Assembly (NCBI GenBank): GCA_902563305.1
Contig: CACEWP010000001.1
Location: 207,886-271,885, forward strand
Source: an uncultured Alphaproteobacteria bacterium
GTDB lineage: Bacteria > Pseudomonadota > Alphaproteobacteria > Methylaequorales > Methylaequoraceae
DNA: 64,000 nt
Direction of reading: 5' to 3'
Position 1 is the stretch's first letter. Each line of letters begins with the position of its first letter. The position numbers and the translations under genes were made by a program. Below the pieces are notes generated by a model. It worked only from the letters and a program-made list of their open reading frames with translations, was not told where the DNA came from and ran no database searches. This document shows, piece after piece, positions 9,952-19,944 of the stretch.

Positions 9952-11676
9952 ATGACTGAAACTAATAATTACATAGTATTAGCTAGAAAATACAGACCAA
10001 AAAAACTGTCACAAATAATTGGTCAGGAAGAAATATGTAAAGTTATTGAGGGTTCAGTAAAGCTAGACAGAATCGCACATGCTTATCTATTTTCGGGAAC
10101 AAGAGGAGTAGGCAAAACGACGTTGGCCAGAATTTTAGCCAAAATAGTGAATTGCATAAATTTAAAAACAGAAACTGTCGAGCCATGTGAAAGCTGTAAA
10201 AACTGCCACTCTATTGATTCTGGAAATAATATAGATGTTGTAGAAATTGATGCTGCAAGTAAAACTGGTGTTTCTGATGTCAGAGAAATTATTGACAATG
10301 TTAACTACAAACCAATTTCAGCAAAAAAAAAAATTTTTATTATCGACGAAGTTCATATGTTATCGAAAGCAGCATTTAATGCTCTTCTAAAAACATTGGA
10401 GGAACCACCTAATGATGTAATTTTTATTTTCGCTACCACAGAAACGGATAAAATTCCTCTAACTATTTTGTCTAGGTGTCAACAGTTTCAGCTAAAAAGA
10501 GTCGATTTAGATGAAATTACTAAATTTTTGAAGAAAATTTCTCTAAAAGAAGGTTTTGAAATTGGAGATGAGGGATGTAGTTTAATATCACAATCATCGG
10601 AGGGTTCTGTTAGAGATGCATTATCTATCCTTGATAATGTTCTGACTAGAGGAAACCCTATAGATTCGAAAAAAATTAGAGCTGTTTTAGGATTATCAGA
10701 TAACAATCTTTCAATAAATTTATTTAGATCACTATTAATGGGAGATGTTAAACTTTCATTCGAGACATTTGAAAATTTATACAATAAAGGAGTCTCAATA
10801 AAAATACTTAGTCAAACATTAATGGGTTTTACTTACCACTCTATGAGAATAAAAAGCGGAATTGACGATAAAAGCTCTATATTGGATTCCAAAAGTTTTG
10901 AAATTATCAAGTCAATTTCCAATGAGTATGAGATGGATTTCTTAGTCAGATTTTGGGAGTTAATTCAGAAGTATATTAATGAAATTAATAGATGCTTTGA
11001 TGAAAAGCAGTGCTTTGAAATGATTATAATGCGTCTATGCTATGTTTCACTTATACCAACTCCATTTGAGTTATTAAGAGATAAGGAATTAGTAAATAAA
11101 ATAGGAGTAAGAAAAGACATCAAATTCCCTTCAAATGTACCAAATGAATATGAAAAAAAAAATTTTGAAATAGCGGACTCACAAGTTCAAACTGTAAATA
11201 ATTTAGCAATTGATAAAAAGCCAAAAACAGTTACTGAAAATGACAATCAAAAAAGCGAAAAAAAAAGTAATTTATCAAAATTTAAGTCTATTGTGGATAA
11301 AATTGAAATGAATTCTGAGATGCAGATAGCCTATCACCTAAAAAATTCATTTAGGTTAGTTAGTTTAACATATAATAAAAATGTAAAAGAAATAGAATTA
11401 GAATGCATATCTAACAACAAAGGTTCAAGAAAAATTCTATGGCAAGCATCTAAACATATCAACGAAATTACAAATGAAAGGTGGATTATCAGTTTATCCA
11501 CAAAAAAAGGTATAATGTCTTTGAAGGAGTACCAAGAGGAGTTGAAGAGAGAAAAAATAAATGAGATAAAAAAAGATAGTTTTGTAAAAAAAATTCTTGA
11601 AATCATCCCCTCTTCTGAAATAGTCTCAATTAAAGAAATAGAAAATCATATGAAAGAAAAGGAATCCAATGAATAA
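9952..11676 (+). CDS. dnaX: DNA polymerase III subunit tau (gamma/tau)
   Basis: It has the AAA+ clamp-loader motifs GTRGVGKTT, IIDEVHML and SRC, and a Zn module CESCKNC. Length is 574 aa. It is followed by ybaB-recR as usual. Confidence 0.95.
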   Translation: MTETNNYIVLARKYRPKKLSQIIGQEEICKVIEGSVKLDRIAHAYLFSGTRGVGKTTLARILAKIVNCINLKTETVEPCESCKNCHSIDSGNNIDVVEIDAASKTGVSDVREIIDNVNYKPISAKKKIFIIDEVHMLSKAAFNALLKTLEEPPNDVIFIFATTETDKIPLTILSRCQQFQLKRVDLDEITKFLKKISLKEGFEIGDEGCSLISQSSEGSVRDALSILDNVLTRGNPIDSKKIRAVLGLSDNNLSINLFRSLLMGDVKLSFETFENLYNKGVSIKILSQTLMGFTYHSMRIKSGIDDKSSILDSKSFEIIKSISNEYEMDFLVRFWELIQKYINEINRCFDEKQCFEMIIMRLCYVSLIPTPFELLRDKELVNKIGVRKDIKFPSNVPNEYEKKNFEIADSQVQTVNNLAIDKKPKTVTENDNQKSEKKSNLSKFKSIVDKIEMNSEMQIAYHLKNSFRLVSLTYNKNVKEIELECISNNKGSRKILWQASKHINEITNERWIISLSTKKGIMSLKEYQEELKREKINEIKKDSFVKKILEIIPSSEIVSIKEIENHMKEKESNE

Positions 11677-11992
11677 TATGTCGCAAATTATGAAACAGGC
11701 CAAGGTTATGCAAGAAAAAATGGCCGAGATGCAAAAAAAAATTGAGCAAACAGAAGTTGAAGGTGCTTCTGGAGGTGGAGCTGTGAAAGTTTTAATTAAT
11801 GGCAAACATGAGGTCAAGAAAATTAATATAGATAAATCACTAATTGATCCAAACGAATGTGAGGTATTAGAAGACTTGATTATTGCAGCTCTAAATGACG
11901 CAAATAAGAAGATTGCAGAAAATACCAACAACCAGTTAGGCTCTATCTCAGGTGGAATGGGTTTGCCACCTGGTATGAAACTGCCTTTCTAA
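11669..11992 (+). CDS. ybaB: Nucleoid-associated protein YbaB/EbfC
   Basis: 107 aa. The sequence MQKKIEQTEVEGASGGGAVKVLINGKHEVKKINID is typical of YbaB. It overlaps the dnaX stop by 8 nt. Confidence 0.9.
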   Translation: MNNMSQIMKQAKVMQEKMAEMQKKIEQTEVEGASGGGAVKVLINGKHEVKKINIDKSLIDPNECEVLEDLIIAALNDANKKIAENTNNQLGSISGGMGLPPGMKLPF

Positions 11993-11999
11993 TTAATTA

Positions 12000-12599
12000 A
12001 TGTCGTCCCTTGGAGAACTAATAAACCTATTTTCTAAATTTCCTAGTTTAGGTCCAAGGTCAGCTAGAAGGATTGTGCTTTATTTGTTAAAAAATAAGGA
12101 TAAAATTATCCCTTCTCTAATTACTTCCATGGAGCAGCTAAGAACTGAGCTTTCTTTTTGTGAAAAATGTGGAAATGTTGATATAGTTAATCCGTGTAGT
12201 ATATGTATGGATGAAAAAAGGAATAATGGTAAGATTTGTGTTGTTGAGGATATAGGTGATTTGTGGGCAATTGAAAAAAGCAAGGCCTTTGATGGTACTT
12301 ACCATGTTTTAGGTGGAGTTTTGTCTGCAATGGATGGCGTTGGGCCAGAACAATTAAATTTATCATCTTTATTAAGGAAATTGAAATTTGGAGATGTTCA
12401 AGAGGTAATTATTGCAACAAATGCGACAACAGAAGGACAAATTACAGGTCAATACATAGTAGACAATTGCTCAAAATTTAAGGTATTAATTACAAAATTG
12501 GCTCAGGGCATTCCTATTGGAGGTGAACTCGATCTTTTGGATTACAATACTATGTCAGCAGCATTTACATCTAGAGCCCAGATAAAGAATTCTATTTAA
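12000..12599 (+). CDS. recR: Recombination protein RecR
   Basis: 199 aa with the LPSLGPRSARR helix-hairpin-helix, a C4 zinc finger (CEKCGN..CSIC) and a Toprim region VVEDIGDLWAIE. Confidence 0.95.
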   Translation: MSSLGELINLFSKFPSLGPRSARRIVLYLLKNKDKIIPSLITSMEQLRTELSFCEKCGNVDIVNPCSICMDEKRNNGKICVVEDIGDLWAIEKSKAFDGTYHVLGGVLSAMDGVGPEQLNLSSLLRKLKFGDVQEVIIATNATTEGQITGQYIVDNCSKFKVLITKLAQGIPIGGELDLLDYNTMSAAFTSRAQIKNSI

Positions 12600-12600
12600 T

Positions 12601-13584
12601 CTATGTATTGTCAAGCTTAAGTAGCTTATCTTTTTTATTTGAGATCTTTTTTGTAGTAATTAAAATGTCATTTAGATCAATTTGTGCATTTGAGAAATGA
12701 CTATCCATCTTTTTCACTCTATTCTCTAACCTTGACAACTCTGTATTTAGATCCTTTAGTTGTTGAAAAATAAGATTAGAGTTGTTCTTTATTTTTTTAT
12801 CTCTAATTAAACTCTCTATTGAATTAAGTATTATCCATAGTGTAGTTGGTGAAATTAAAAAAATTTTGCTCTCATAAAAAGTTTCACTTAACTCTGGAAA
12901 TAATTTAAAAACTTCAAGGTAGATCTGTTCGCTTGGTATAAAGATTAGAGCTATCTCAGCTGTTTCACCGGGAATGATATATTTTTCTCTAACACTAGCA
13001 ATATGATTGTTAATATCAGACTTAAATATTTTTAAAAACTTATTTTTTTCATCTTTTGATGTTGTTTTCTGAATCTTATCATAACTTTCTTTGGGGAACT
13101 TAGAGTCAATACATATTTTGTTTAACGAACCCGAAGACAATATCATGCAATCAACTCTAGAATTATTAGATAAGGTTTTTTGGAATTCATAATTATCTTT
13201 TGGAAGATAATCTTTAATTAGATTTTCAAGTAGAATCTCTCCAAATCTGCCCCTTTGGGTAGTATTAGATAGAAAGTTTTTTAAATCTACAACATTCTCC
13301 GTGAGACTGGATATATTTTGCTGTGCCCTGTCTATCAATGACATTTTTTCTCTGATTTGACTTAAATTATTTAAATTTTCTGAAGAAGATCTATCAAATT
13401 TATTGTCAATTTTATCAAAATTCCTGATTATTAAATCTGATATAGATTTTTCTAGGATTGATTGTTTTTCTAGTAGAATCTTTATTCTCTCTTTTGTATT
13501 GTTGTTTGATATAAAAAATTGTAAAAATATAAGAAAAAGAGAGAATAAAATAATTAAATATAAAATGTTATTTTCAAAATTCAT
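12601..13584 (-). CDS. rmuC: DNA recombination protein RmuC
   Basis: It has an N-terminal TM helix, a long coiled coil and a C-terminal RmuC nuclease-like region. The start was moved to the internal Met (MNFENN...) because the longer ORF would overlap the def start. Confidence 0.75.
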   Translation of the reverse strand: MNFENNILYLIILFSLFLIFLQFFISNNNTKERIKILLEKQSILEKSISDLIIRNFDKIDNKFDRSSSENLNNLSQIREKMSLIDRAQQNISSLTENVVDLKNFLSNTTQRGRFGEILLENLIKDYLPKDNYEFQKTLSNNSRVDCMILSSGSLNKICIDSKFPKESYDKIQKTTSKDEKNKFLKIFKSDINNHIASVREKYIIPGETAEIALIFIPSEQIYLEVFKLFPELSETFYESKIFLISPTTLWIILNSIESLIRDKKIKNNSNLIFQQLKDLNTELSRLENRVKKMDSHFSNAQIDLNDILITTKKISNKKDKLLKLDNT

Positions 13585-13592
13585 AATAATAT

Positions 13593-14117
13593 ATGAGTGT
13601 TTTAGATATACTAACAATACCTGATAAAAGATTGAAGCACAAATCATCTGATGTGCGAGACTTTGATGAAAAATTAGAAAAGATTGTAGCAGATATGTTT
13701 GACACTCTTTATGCTTCTGGAAACGGTATTGGTCTAGCTGCCCCTCAGATTGGAATCAGCAAAAGAATCGTAGTAATTGATTTAAAAGAAGAAGGAAAAC
13801 AAAATCAAATTGTCTTAATTAATCCTAAAATTATAAGTACGTCAGATGAAAATTCTATTAATCAAGAGGGTTGTTTGTCCATTCCAGGTTATTATGCTGA
13901 TGTTGAGAGGTCAAATGAAGTAAGAGTTGAATGGAGTGACGTAAATGGAAAAAAAATTAAAAAAAAATGTTCCGGATTACTCTCTATATGTATTCAACAT
14001 GAAATTGATCATCTAGATGGAATACTTTTTATAGATTATTTGTCGAATTTAAAGAGAAAAAGAGCTTTTGAAAAAGTAAAGAAATATCAAAAAATACAAA
14101 ATGAAAAAATTGAATGA
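13593..14117 (+). CDS. def: Peptide deformylase
   Basis: All three Def motifs are present: GIGLAAPQ, EGCLS and QHEIDH. Confidence 0.95.
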   Translation: MSVLDILTIPDKRLKHKSSDVRDFDEKLEKIVADMFDTLYASGNGIGLAAPQIGISKRIVVIDLKEEGKQNQIVLINPKIISTSDENSINQEGCLSIPGYYADVERSNEVRVEWSDVNGKKIKKKCSGLLSICIQHEIDHLDGILFIDYLSNLKRKRAFEKVKKYQKIQNEKIE

Positions 14118-15054
14118 TATTTGTGTAGGTTTCTATGGAACACCTGAGTTTTCATTAAATTTTCTAAAAGATTTATTTTTAAACAACATAAAAATTTCTT
14201 ATATTGTTACGCAACCTCCAAAAAACTCTGGTAGAGGAAAAAAAATTAGGCTATCTCCCGTACATGAATGGGGGGAAAAAAAACAAATTAAAATCTACAC
14301 ACCATCGAATACCACAGAAAAAAACTTTGTTAATAATATTGTGCGAGAAAAAGTTGATCTGAACATCGTAGTTGCATATGGCAACCTATTGACTAAAAAA
14401 ATTATTGATCTTCCAAATTATATAAGTTTGAATGTTCACGCCTCTTTACTTCCAAGATGGAGAGGAGCTGCACCGATCCAAAGGTCGATATTGTCGAATG
14501 ATAAGGAAACCGGGGTTTGTATAATGAGAGTAGATGAGAAACTAGATTCAGGACCAATTATAAATTCTGAGAAGTTTGAAATAAAAGATGATGATAACTA
14601 TGATGCGATTTATAATCGAACTATCGATGTGGGAAAAAGATTACTTAAAAAAGCAATTATTACAATTATTAATAATCAAACCAATTATGAATTTCAAGAT
14701 GAGTCTTTAGTTACTTACGCTAAAAAAATTTCAAAGTCTGAATCAAAAATATTTTGGAATAAGAGTGCACATGAAATTAATCTTAAAATCAGAGCTTTTA
14801 GTGAAACACCAGGTGCATGGACTATTTTAAAAGACTCTAATACAAGAATAAAGATTCTTAAAGCACATATTATTAAGGAAGAGCAAATTGAATCAAACTC
14901 CTCATATAATGTTGGAGATATAACTGAAAGATTTGAGGTAAAATGTAGTAAGGATTTTTTGAAAGTAGAAGTTTTACAAAAGGAGGGTAGAAATCCCATA
15001 TCAGCTAGCGATTTTTTAAATGGCAATAACATAAAGGACTTGAAATTTAATTAA
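14101..15054 (+). CDS. fmt: Methionyl-tRNA formyltransferase
   Basis: 317 aa with the motif NVHASLLPRWRGAAPIQR. It overlaps def, giving the canonical def-fmt pair. Confidence 0.95.
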   Translation: MKKLNDICVGFYGTPEFSLNFLKDLFLNNIKISYIVTQPPKNSGRGKKIRLSPVHEWGEKKQIKIYTPSNTTEKNFVNNIVREKVDLNIVVAYGNLLTKKIIDLPNYISLNVHASLLPRWRGAAPIQRSILSNDKETGVCIMRVDEKLDSGPIINSEKFEIKDDDNYDAIYNRTIDVGKRLLKKAIITIINNQTNYEFQDESLVTYAKKISKSESKIFWNKSAHEINLKIRAFSETPGAWTILKDSNTRIKILKAHIIKEEQIESNSSYNVGDITERFEVKCSKDFLKVEVLQKEGRNPISASDFLNGNNIKDLKFN

Positions 15055-15800
15055 TGAAAAGAGTCAAATTAACAATAGAGTACGATGGAAGTAATTACGT
15101 TGGTTGGCAAAAGCAAAAAGATGGTAAGTCTATTCAACAAGAGATAGAAAGCTGCTTAGAGAAATTATTTAAACAAAAGATAGAAACATTTGCGTCTGGA
15201 AGAACTGATGCAGGTGTACATGCATTTGGTCAAGTAGCTCACTTTGATATTTATAAACCTAAAATAGAAATAAATAAAATTTATTTAGCATTAAATTATT
15301 TATTAAAAAATTCAGAGAATCAGATAATAATTCTCAAGTCAGAGAAAATTTCTAGTTTATTTAATTCAAGGTTTTCTGTAAGAAAAAAAATCTACTTATA
15401 TAAAATTTTAAATAGAACAACACCTTCATCCATATTTAAAAATAAAGTCTGGTTTATTCCTCAGAAGCTAAATATAGAAAAAATGAAACAATCATCGAAA
15501 ATATTAATTGGTAATTTTGATTTTAGCGCATTTAGATCTATTAATTGTCAGGCTGAAAATCCTAAGAGATCAATTAAAGACATAAAAATCCTGAAGAAGA
15601 ATAATCTGATTGAGATAAGAGTAATAGGAAAATCTTTTTTGCATAATCAAGTTAGAATAATTGTTGGAACATTAGTAAATTCTGGTTTAGAGAAATGGGA
15701 TGAAAAAGAGGTTAAAAAAATCCTACATTCAAGAGATAGAAGAAATGCTGGTCCAACGGCTCCAGCACATGGGCTATATTTAGAGAAAATTATGTATTAA
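15054..15800 (+). CDS. truA: tRNA pseudouridine(38-40) synthase
   Basis: 248 aa. YDGSNYVGWQKQ and GRTDAGVHA contain the catalytic Asp, and FLHNQVR is present. Confidence 0.95.
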   Translation: MKRVKLTIEYDGSNYVGWQKQKDGKSIQQEIESCLEKLFKQKIETFASGRTDAGVHAFGQVAHFDIYKPKIEINKIYLALNYLLKNSENQIIILKSEKISSLFNSRFSVRKKIYLYKILNRTTPSSIFKNKVWFIPQKLNIEKMKQSSKILIGNFDFSAFRSINCQAENPKRSIKDIKILKKNNLIEIRVIGKSFLHNQVRIIVGTLVNSGLEKWDEKEVKKILHSRDRRNAGPTAPAHGLYLEKIMY

Positions 15801-16935
15801 ACTTTTTGCTAAAAATATCATTTAATAATTCAAAGTAAATCTCAGTTAATTTATTTATATTTTTAATTTCAACCATTTCGTTAGTTTTATGCATTGTTTT
15901 GCCAACCAAACCGAATTCTAGAACTGGGCAGATTTGTGATATAAATCTGGCATCTGAAGTGCCTCCTGAAGTGCTCAATACGGGCTGAATTTTTGTAATT
16001 TTTTTTATTGATTTCATAAGAGAGTCAGTAAAAATCTTTGAATTATTTATAAAAGATTCACCAGAAACTTTTGAAATAAGCTTATAATTTGCGGTTATAT
16101 TTTTAATTCTTTTATTTACTATTTTTATTATTTCTGAAGACTTAAAATTATCGTTAAATCTTACATTAAATTTAATACAAACCTTACCGGGTATTAAATT
16201 TGATACTTCATTGCAAGTATCAACTGATGTAAAGACCAATTTAGTCGGCTGAAAGTTTTTAGATCCTTCATCGAAAGGTTTACTTAATTCTTTGCAAACT
16301 TGAATAGAATGGTTTATTGGATTATCAGCCTTTTCAGGATAAGCAACGTGACCTTGTTCTCCATTAATTTCAAGTGAAAAATTTACACTTCCTCTTCTAC
16401 CAATTTTAATCATCTCACCAAGTTTATTTGGATTTGTAGGTTCTCCAACAAGACAGAAATCAACTGTTTGTTTTTCTTTTTTTAACCATTTAATGACGCT
16501 TTTTGTTCCATGCTCGGCTTCTCCCTCCTCATCAGAAGTCAGAAGAAGAGAAATTGTGCCATTAAAGTTAAAATTTTCTTTTTCAATAAAATTGATAGCA
16601 GCAATTATAAATGACGCAATTGCAGTTTTCATGTCACTTGCACCCCTGCCATATAATTTACCATTTTCTATTTTTGGTTTAAATGGATCCGAGTCCCATT
16701 TGTTAAGATCTCCAGGAGGAACAACATCAGTATGTCCTGCAAAACAAAATGTAGGTCCTTTTCCTCCCTTGAGAAGAGCATATAGATTTTTGATTTTATA
16801 TTTACCAAATTCTAGAAAGTGACATTCAAATTTATTTTTTTTTAAAATTTTCTGAATATATTCTAGAGAACCCGAACTCTTAGGAGTAACACTTTTAAAT
16901 TCTATAAGTTTCGATGATAATTCAACGGGATCCAT
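15790..16935 (-). CDS. dapE: Succinyl-diaminopimelate desuccinylase
   Basis: 381 aa M20 peptidase with motifs GHTDVVP, SDEEG and GGTSDARF. It is adjacent to dapD. Confidence 0.9.
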   Translation of the reverse strand: MDPVELSSKLIEFKSVTPKSSGSLEYIQKILKKNKFECHFLEFGKYKIKNLYALLKGGKGPTFCFAGHTDVVPPGDLNKWDSDPFKPKIENGKLYGRGASDMKTAIASFIIAAINFIEKENFNFNGTISLLLTSDEEGEAEHGTKSVIKWLKKEKQTVDFCLVGEPTNPNKLGEMIKIGRRGSVNFSLEINGEQGHVAYPEKADNPINHSIQVCKELSKPFDEGSKNFQPTKLVFTSVDTCNEVSNLIPGKVCIKFNVRFNDNFKSSEIIKIVNKRIKNITANYKLISKVSGESFINNSKIFTDSLMKSIKKITKIQPVLSTSGGTSDARFISQICPVLEFGLVGKTMHKTNEMVEIKNINKLTEIYFELLNDIFSKKFNT

Positions 16936-17786
16936 TATGACCTAAGTAGATCGTTAATTGAAGTTTTTGATCTTGTTTTTTCATCAACTTTTTTTACAAT
17001 CACAGCGCAATAAAGATTTGGTCCATTCTCTTTGCTTTTCAATTTTTTCCCAGGCAAAGATCCTGGAACAACAACAGAGTATGGAGGTATTTCACCAAAA
17101 AAAATCTCACCGGTATCTCTGTCTACAATCTTTGTAGATGCACCGATATAAACTCCCATTGAAATAACACTTCCTTCTTTAACTATAACTCCTTCGGCTA
17201 TTTCAGACCTTGCTCCAATAAAACAATTATCCTCAATTATCACTGGGTTTGCTTGAAGAGGTTCTAAAACGCCTCCTATGCCGGCACCACCTGATATATG
17301 TACATTTTTTCCAATTTGAGCACAAGAACCAACTGTTGCCCATGTATCTATCATTGTTCCGCTATCCACAAAAGCACCCAGATTTATAAAGGAGGGCATT
17401 AATACAACATTCTCCGCAACAAAAGCTGAATATCTTACAATTGCTCCAGGTACAGACCTAAAGTTTCTCTTTGTCCATTCGTCTTCAACCCAGCCAGAGG
17501 TTTTTAGGAATGCTTTATCGAACCAACTATATTGTCCTCTTCTTGCATTAGAAATCCCGCTGGAGAACATTACATTATCCTGTGTTTTAAAAGAAAGAAG
17601 TATTGCTTTCTTAATCCATTCATTGGTTTGCCACTCTTTATTAATTTTTTCACAAACTCTAATTTCACCAGAATCAAGAAGTTCTAGCACGCTAAAGATC
17701 TTTTCTTTAATAGTTTGATCAGAAAAGTTTATGTTTTTTTTTTCTAGCCAAAATTGATCAATTTCATCTTTTATTTTAGTGTTCAT
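16935..17786 (-). CDS. dapD: Tetrahydrodipicolinate N-succinyltransferase
   Basis: 283 aa. Hexapeptide-repeat left-handed beta-helix region ([36 protein letters not shown]) typical of DapD. Confidence 0.9.
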   Translation of the reverse strand: MNTKIKDEIDQFWLEKKNINFSDQTIKEKIFSVLELLDSGEIRVCEKINKEWQTNEWIKKAILLSFKTQDNVMFSSGISNARRGQYSWFDKAFLKTSGWVEDEWTKRNFRSVPGAIVRYSAFVAENVVLMPSFINLGAFVDSGTMIDTWATVGSCAQIGKNVHISGGAGIGGVLEPLQANPVIIEDNCFIGARSEIAEGVIVKEGSVISMGVYIGASTKIVDRDTGEIFFGEIPPYSVVVPGSLPGKKLKSKENGPNLYCAVIVKKVDEKTRSKTSINDLLRS

Positions 17787-18459
17787 TTTTTTCTTCGATT
17801 TTTAAGACTTTTATTATCACATCTAGCGCATTTATTATAGTTTTAAATCTAAAATCTATATATGAATCTAGTTCATCAATGGATTCATTAGATATATGTA
17901 TAGTAGTAAATCCAATTGATGAAGAATATTTCAAATTTTTTTTTAAGTCTTCAAAATAAACTGTTTTCCCGGGATTTAGTTTGTACTTTTTGATGAGTTG
18001 GTTAAGAGACTTTTTCATAGGCTTTGGAATGTAACCTGTTTTTTTAATATCAAAAATGTCCAAAAATACTTCTTTAATTCCTAGCTTATTTAAAACTTTT
18101 TCTGCATAAGTATAGTTTGCATTAGTATAAATAATTTTTTCTCCAGGAAGAGACCGAAGCCTATCTTTAAGGATTTTGGATTTAGACAATTTATTAAAGT
18201 TAACATTATGAACATAATTACAAAATTCGTCTGGATCTATATTATAGTTTCTCATCAGACCATAAAGAGTTGTTCCATATTTCTTATAGTATTTTTTTTG
18301 TAATTTAAAGGAATCATCCTCAGAAATTTTAAGCTTGATTGAAATAAATTTTTTCATTTTTAAATCAATCTGATTAAAAATTCCTATTGATGAGGAATAA
18401 AGGGTGTTATCTAGATCAAATATCCAAGTTGTTCTGCCCTTTAATTTTGATGACAACAT
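17776..18459 (-). CDS. HAD-superfamily hydrolase (pyrimidine 5'-nucleotidase-like)
   Basis: It has the DxDxT nucleophile motif (IFDLDNTLY) and is 227 aa. The architecture is typical of the SSM1/YjjG-like HAD subfamily. Confidence 0.7.
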   Translation of the reverse strand: MLSSKLKGRTTWIFDLDNTLYSSSIGIFNQIDLKMKKFISIKLKISEDDSFKLQKKYYKKYGTTLYGLMRNYNIDPDEFCNYVHNVNFNKLSKSKILKDRLRSLPGEKIIYTNANYTYAEKVLNKLGIKEVFLDIFDIKKTGYIPKPMKKSLNQLIKKYKLNPGKTVYFEDLKKNLKYSSSIGFTTIHISNESIDELDSYIDFRFKTIINALDVIIKVLKIEEKNEH

Positions 18460-19356
18460 TTAGTTAGTAATTAAGGTGCCAACACCACGTTCGGTAAACA
18501 TTTCTAAAAGTAAAGCATGAGGTAATTTACCATTTAGTATAACTGCTGCTTTAACTCCATTTTTTACTGCCTCCATGCAGGTTTCTACTTTTGGTATCAT
18601 TCCACCTGAAATTGTTCCATTTTTGATAAGTTTTTTTGCCTCGTTTAGTGAAATTTCAGTTAATAAATTTCCTTTTTTATCAAGAACTCCATCAACATCT
18701 GTTAAAAGGATTAATCTCTCAGAGAGTATAGCAGAAGCTATACTTCCTGACATTGTATCGGCATTAATATTAAAAGTATTAAAATTTCTATCAAATCCGA
18801 TAGGTGAGATTACAGGAATAAAGTGAGATTCCAGAAACCAATTTAGTACTTCTTTATTCATTTTATCTGGCTTTCCTACAAAACCAATATCAGAGTTTTT
18901 TAATGATTTAGTATTTCTGCCCGTAAAAACTATTTTTTTTGTACGAGCTAACAAAGCATCTTTTCCAGATAAACCTATTCCTCGTCCACCTTCTCTATTG
19001 ATTTCCATAACTATTTCTTTATTTATGGATCCAGATAGAACCATCTCTACAATATCCATAGTTTGTTTATCAGTAACTCTCAATCCTTTAACAAAATTTG
19101 TTTTAACACCAAGTTTATCTAACATTTTTTTTATCTTTGGTCCTCCACCATGAACAACGACTGGATTAATTCCAACCTGTTTCAGAAGAACTATGTCTTT
19201 TGCAAAACTACTACTAAGATTTTTCTCTCCTATCACTGCACCGCCAAATTTTATGGTTATATTCTTTCCTGAATACCTTTGCATAAAAGGTAATGCTTGA
19301 GAAAGTATTGAAGCTTGATTAATTAAGTCTTTGGTGTTTGCTTTTGAAATAATCAT
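18460..19356 (-). CDS. argB: Acetylglutamate kinase
   Basis: 298 aa amino-acid kinase with KFGG, VVVHGGGP and NINADT motifs. Confidence 0.95.
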   Translation of the reverse strand: MIISKANTKDLINQASILSQALPFMQRYSGKNITIKFGGAVIGEKNLSSSFAKDIVLLKQVGINPVVVHGGGPKIKKMLDKLGVKTNFVKGLRVTDKQTMDIVEMVLSGSINKEIVMEINREGGRGIGLSGKDALLARTKKIVFTGRNTKSLKNSDIGFVGKPDKMNKEVLNWFLESHFIPVISPIGFDRNFNTFNINADTMSGSIASAILSERLILLTDVDGVLDKKGNLLTEISLNEAKKLIKNGTISGGMIPKVETCMEAVKNGVKAAVILNGKLPHALLLEMFTERGVGTLITN

Positions 19357-19357
19357 T

Positions 19358-19936
19358 TTATAAAGAATGCATTAAGAACTTCTTCAGTAAAATTATAGTA
19401 TTAGCCTCCTTAATACTAGTGTTAAAGAACTTTTTATTCAATTTTTTATCTGCAACTTCGTTATATTTTTTTAAAAGTTCTTTTTGAGCATTATTTTTTA
19501 GTCTGTCTTTTTTTGTAAAAATAAGTAATATTTTATTCTCAAGATATAAATTTAATCTATTTAATATTAAATTATCAATATCTTTTATACCATGAAGCGA
19601 ATCAATTAATAAAAGAAGCATAATTATGTTTTTTCTTTTTCTTACATATTGATCAATTAGATTATCAAGCTTGGATTCATTTTTTTTTGGAATAAAAGAA
19701 AAACCATAGCCTGGAAAGTCAACAAATCTCATTTTTTTTTTAATTTCAAAAAAAATTAAAGATCTTGTTCTTCCTGGAGTTTTTGATGTTCGTGCTAGCT
19801 TTGATTTTGTTATAGAATTTATTAAAGATGACTTTCCTACATTAGAACGTCCCCAAAAAACAATTTCAGGTATGCCATCTTTTGGTAAATCTCTAAAATC
19901 ATGTATTTCAGTTAAAAATTTCCAAGATTCATTCAT
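19358..19936 (-). CDS. engB: Ribosome-biogenesis GTPase EngB/YihA
   Basis: It has G1 GRSNVGKSS, G3 DFPGYG and G4 TKKD. It sits between yidC and argB as in many alphaproteobacteria. Confidence 0.9.
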   Translation of the reverse strand: MNESWKFLTEIHDFRDLPKDGIPEIVFWGRSNVGKSSLINSITKSKLARTSKTPGRTRSLIFFEIKKKMRFVDFPGYGFSFIPKKNESKLDNLIDQYVRKRKNIIMLLLLIDSLHGIKDIDNLILNRLNLYLENKILLIFTKKDRLKNNAQKELLKKYNEVADKKLNKKFFNTSIKEANTIILLKKFLMHSL

Positions 19937-19944
19937 TAAATTTT

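Noticed and set aside
10321-10336. An A11-T5 run in dnaX (GCAAAAAAAAAAATTTTT) as a possible frameshift or slippage site.
   Set aside because: It encodes KKKIF immediately before the Walker B IIDEVH. A shift here would destroy the ATPase core, so it is just Lys codons in an AT-rich gene. Only the A9 run at 11258 is positioned sensibly.
16493-16822. Long antisense or alternative-frame ORFs throughout the track. Examples are 3025-3348, 4032-4277, 10488-10784, 16493-16822, 30381-30731, 35251-35580, 36916-37233, 39230-39514, 59870-60223 and 62546-62830.
   Set aside because: Each lies entirely inside a well-supported gene on the opposite strand or in another frame. They have odd, low-complexity composition and no ribosome-binding site or family resemblance. 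They are shadow ORFs.
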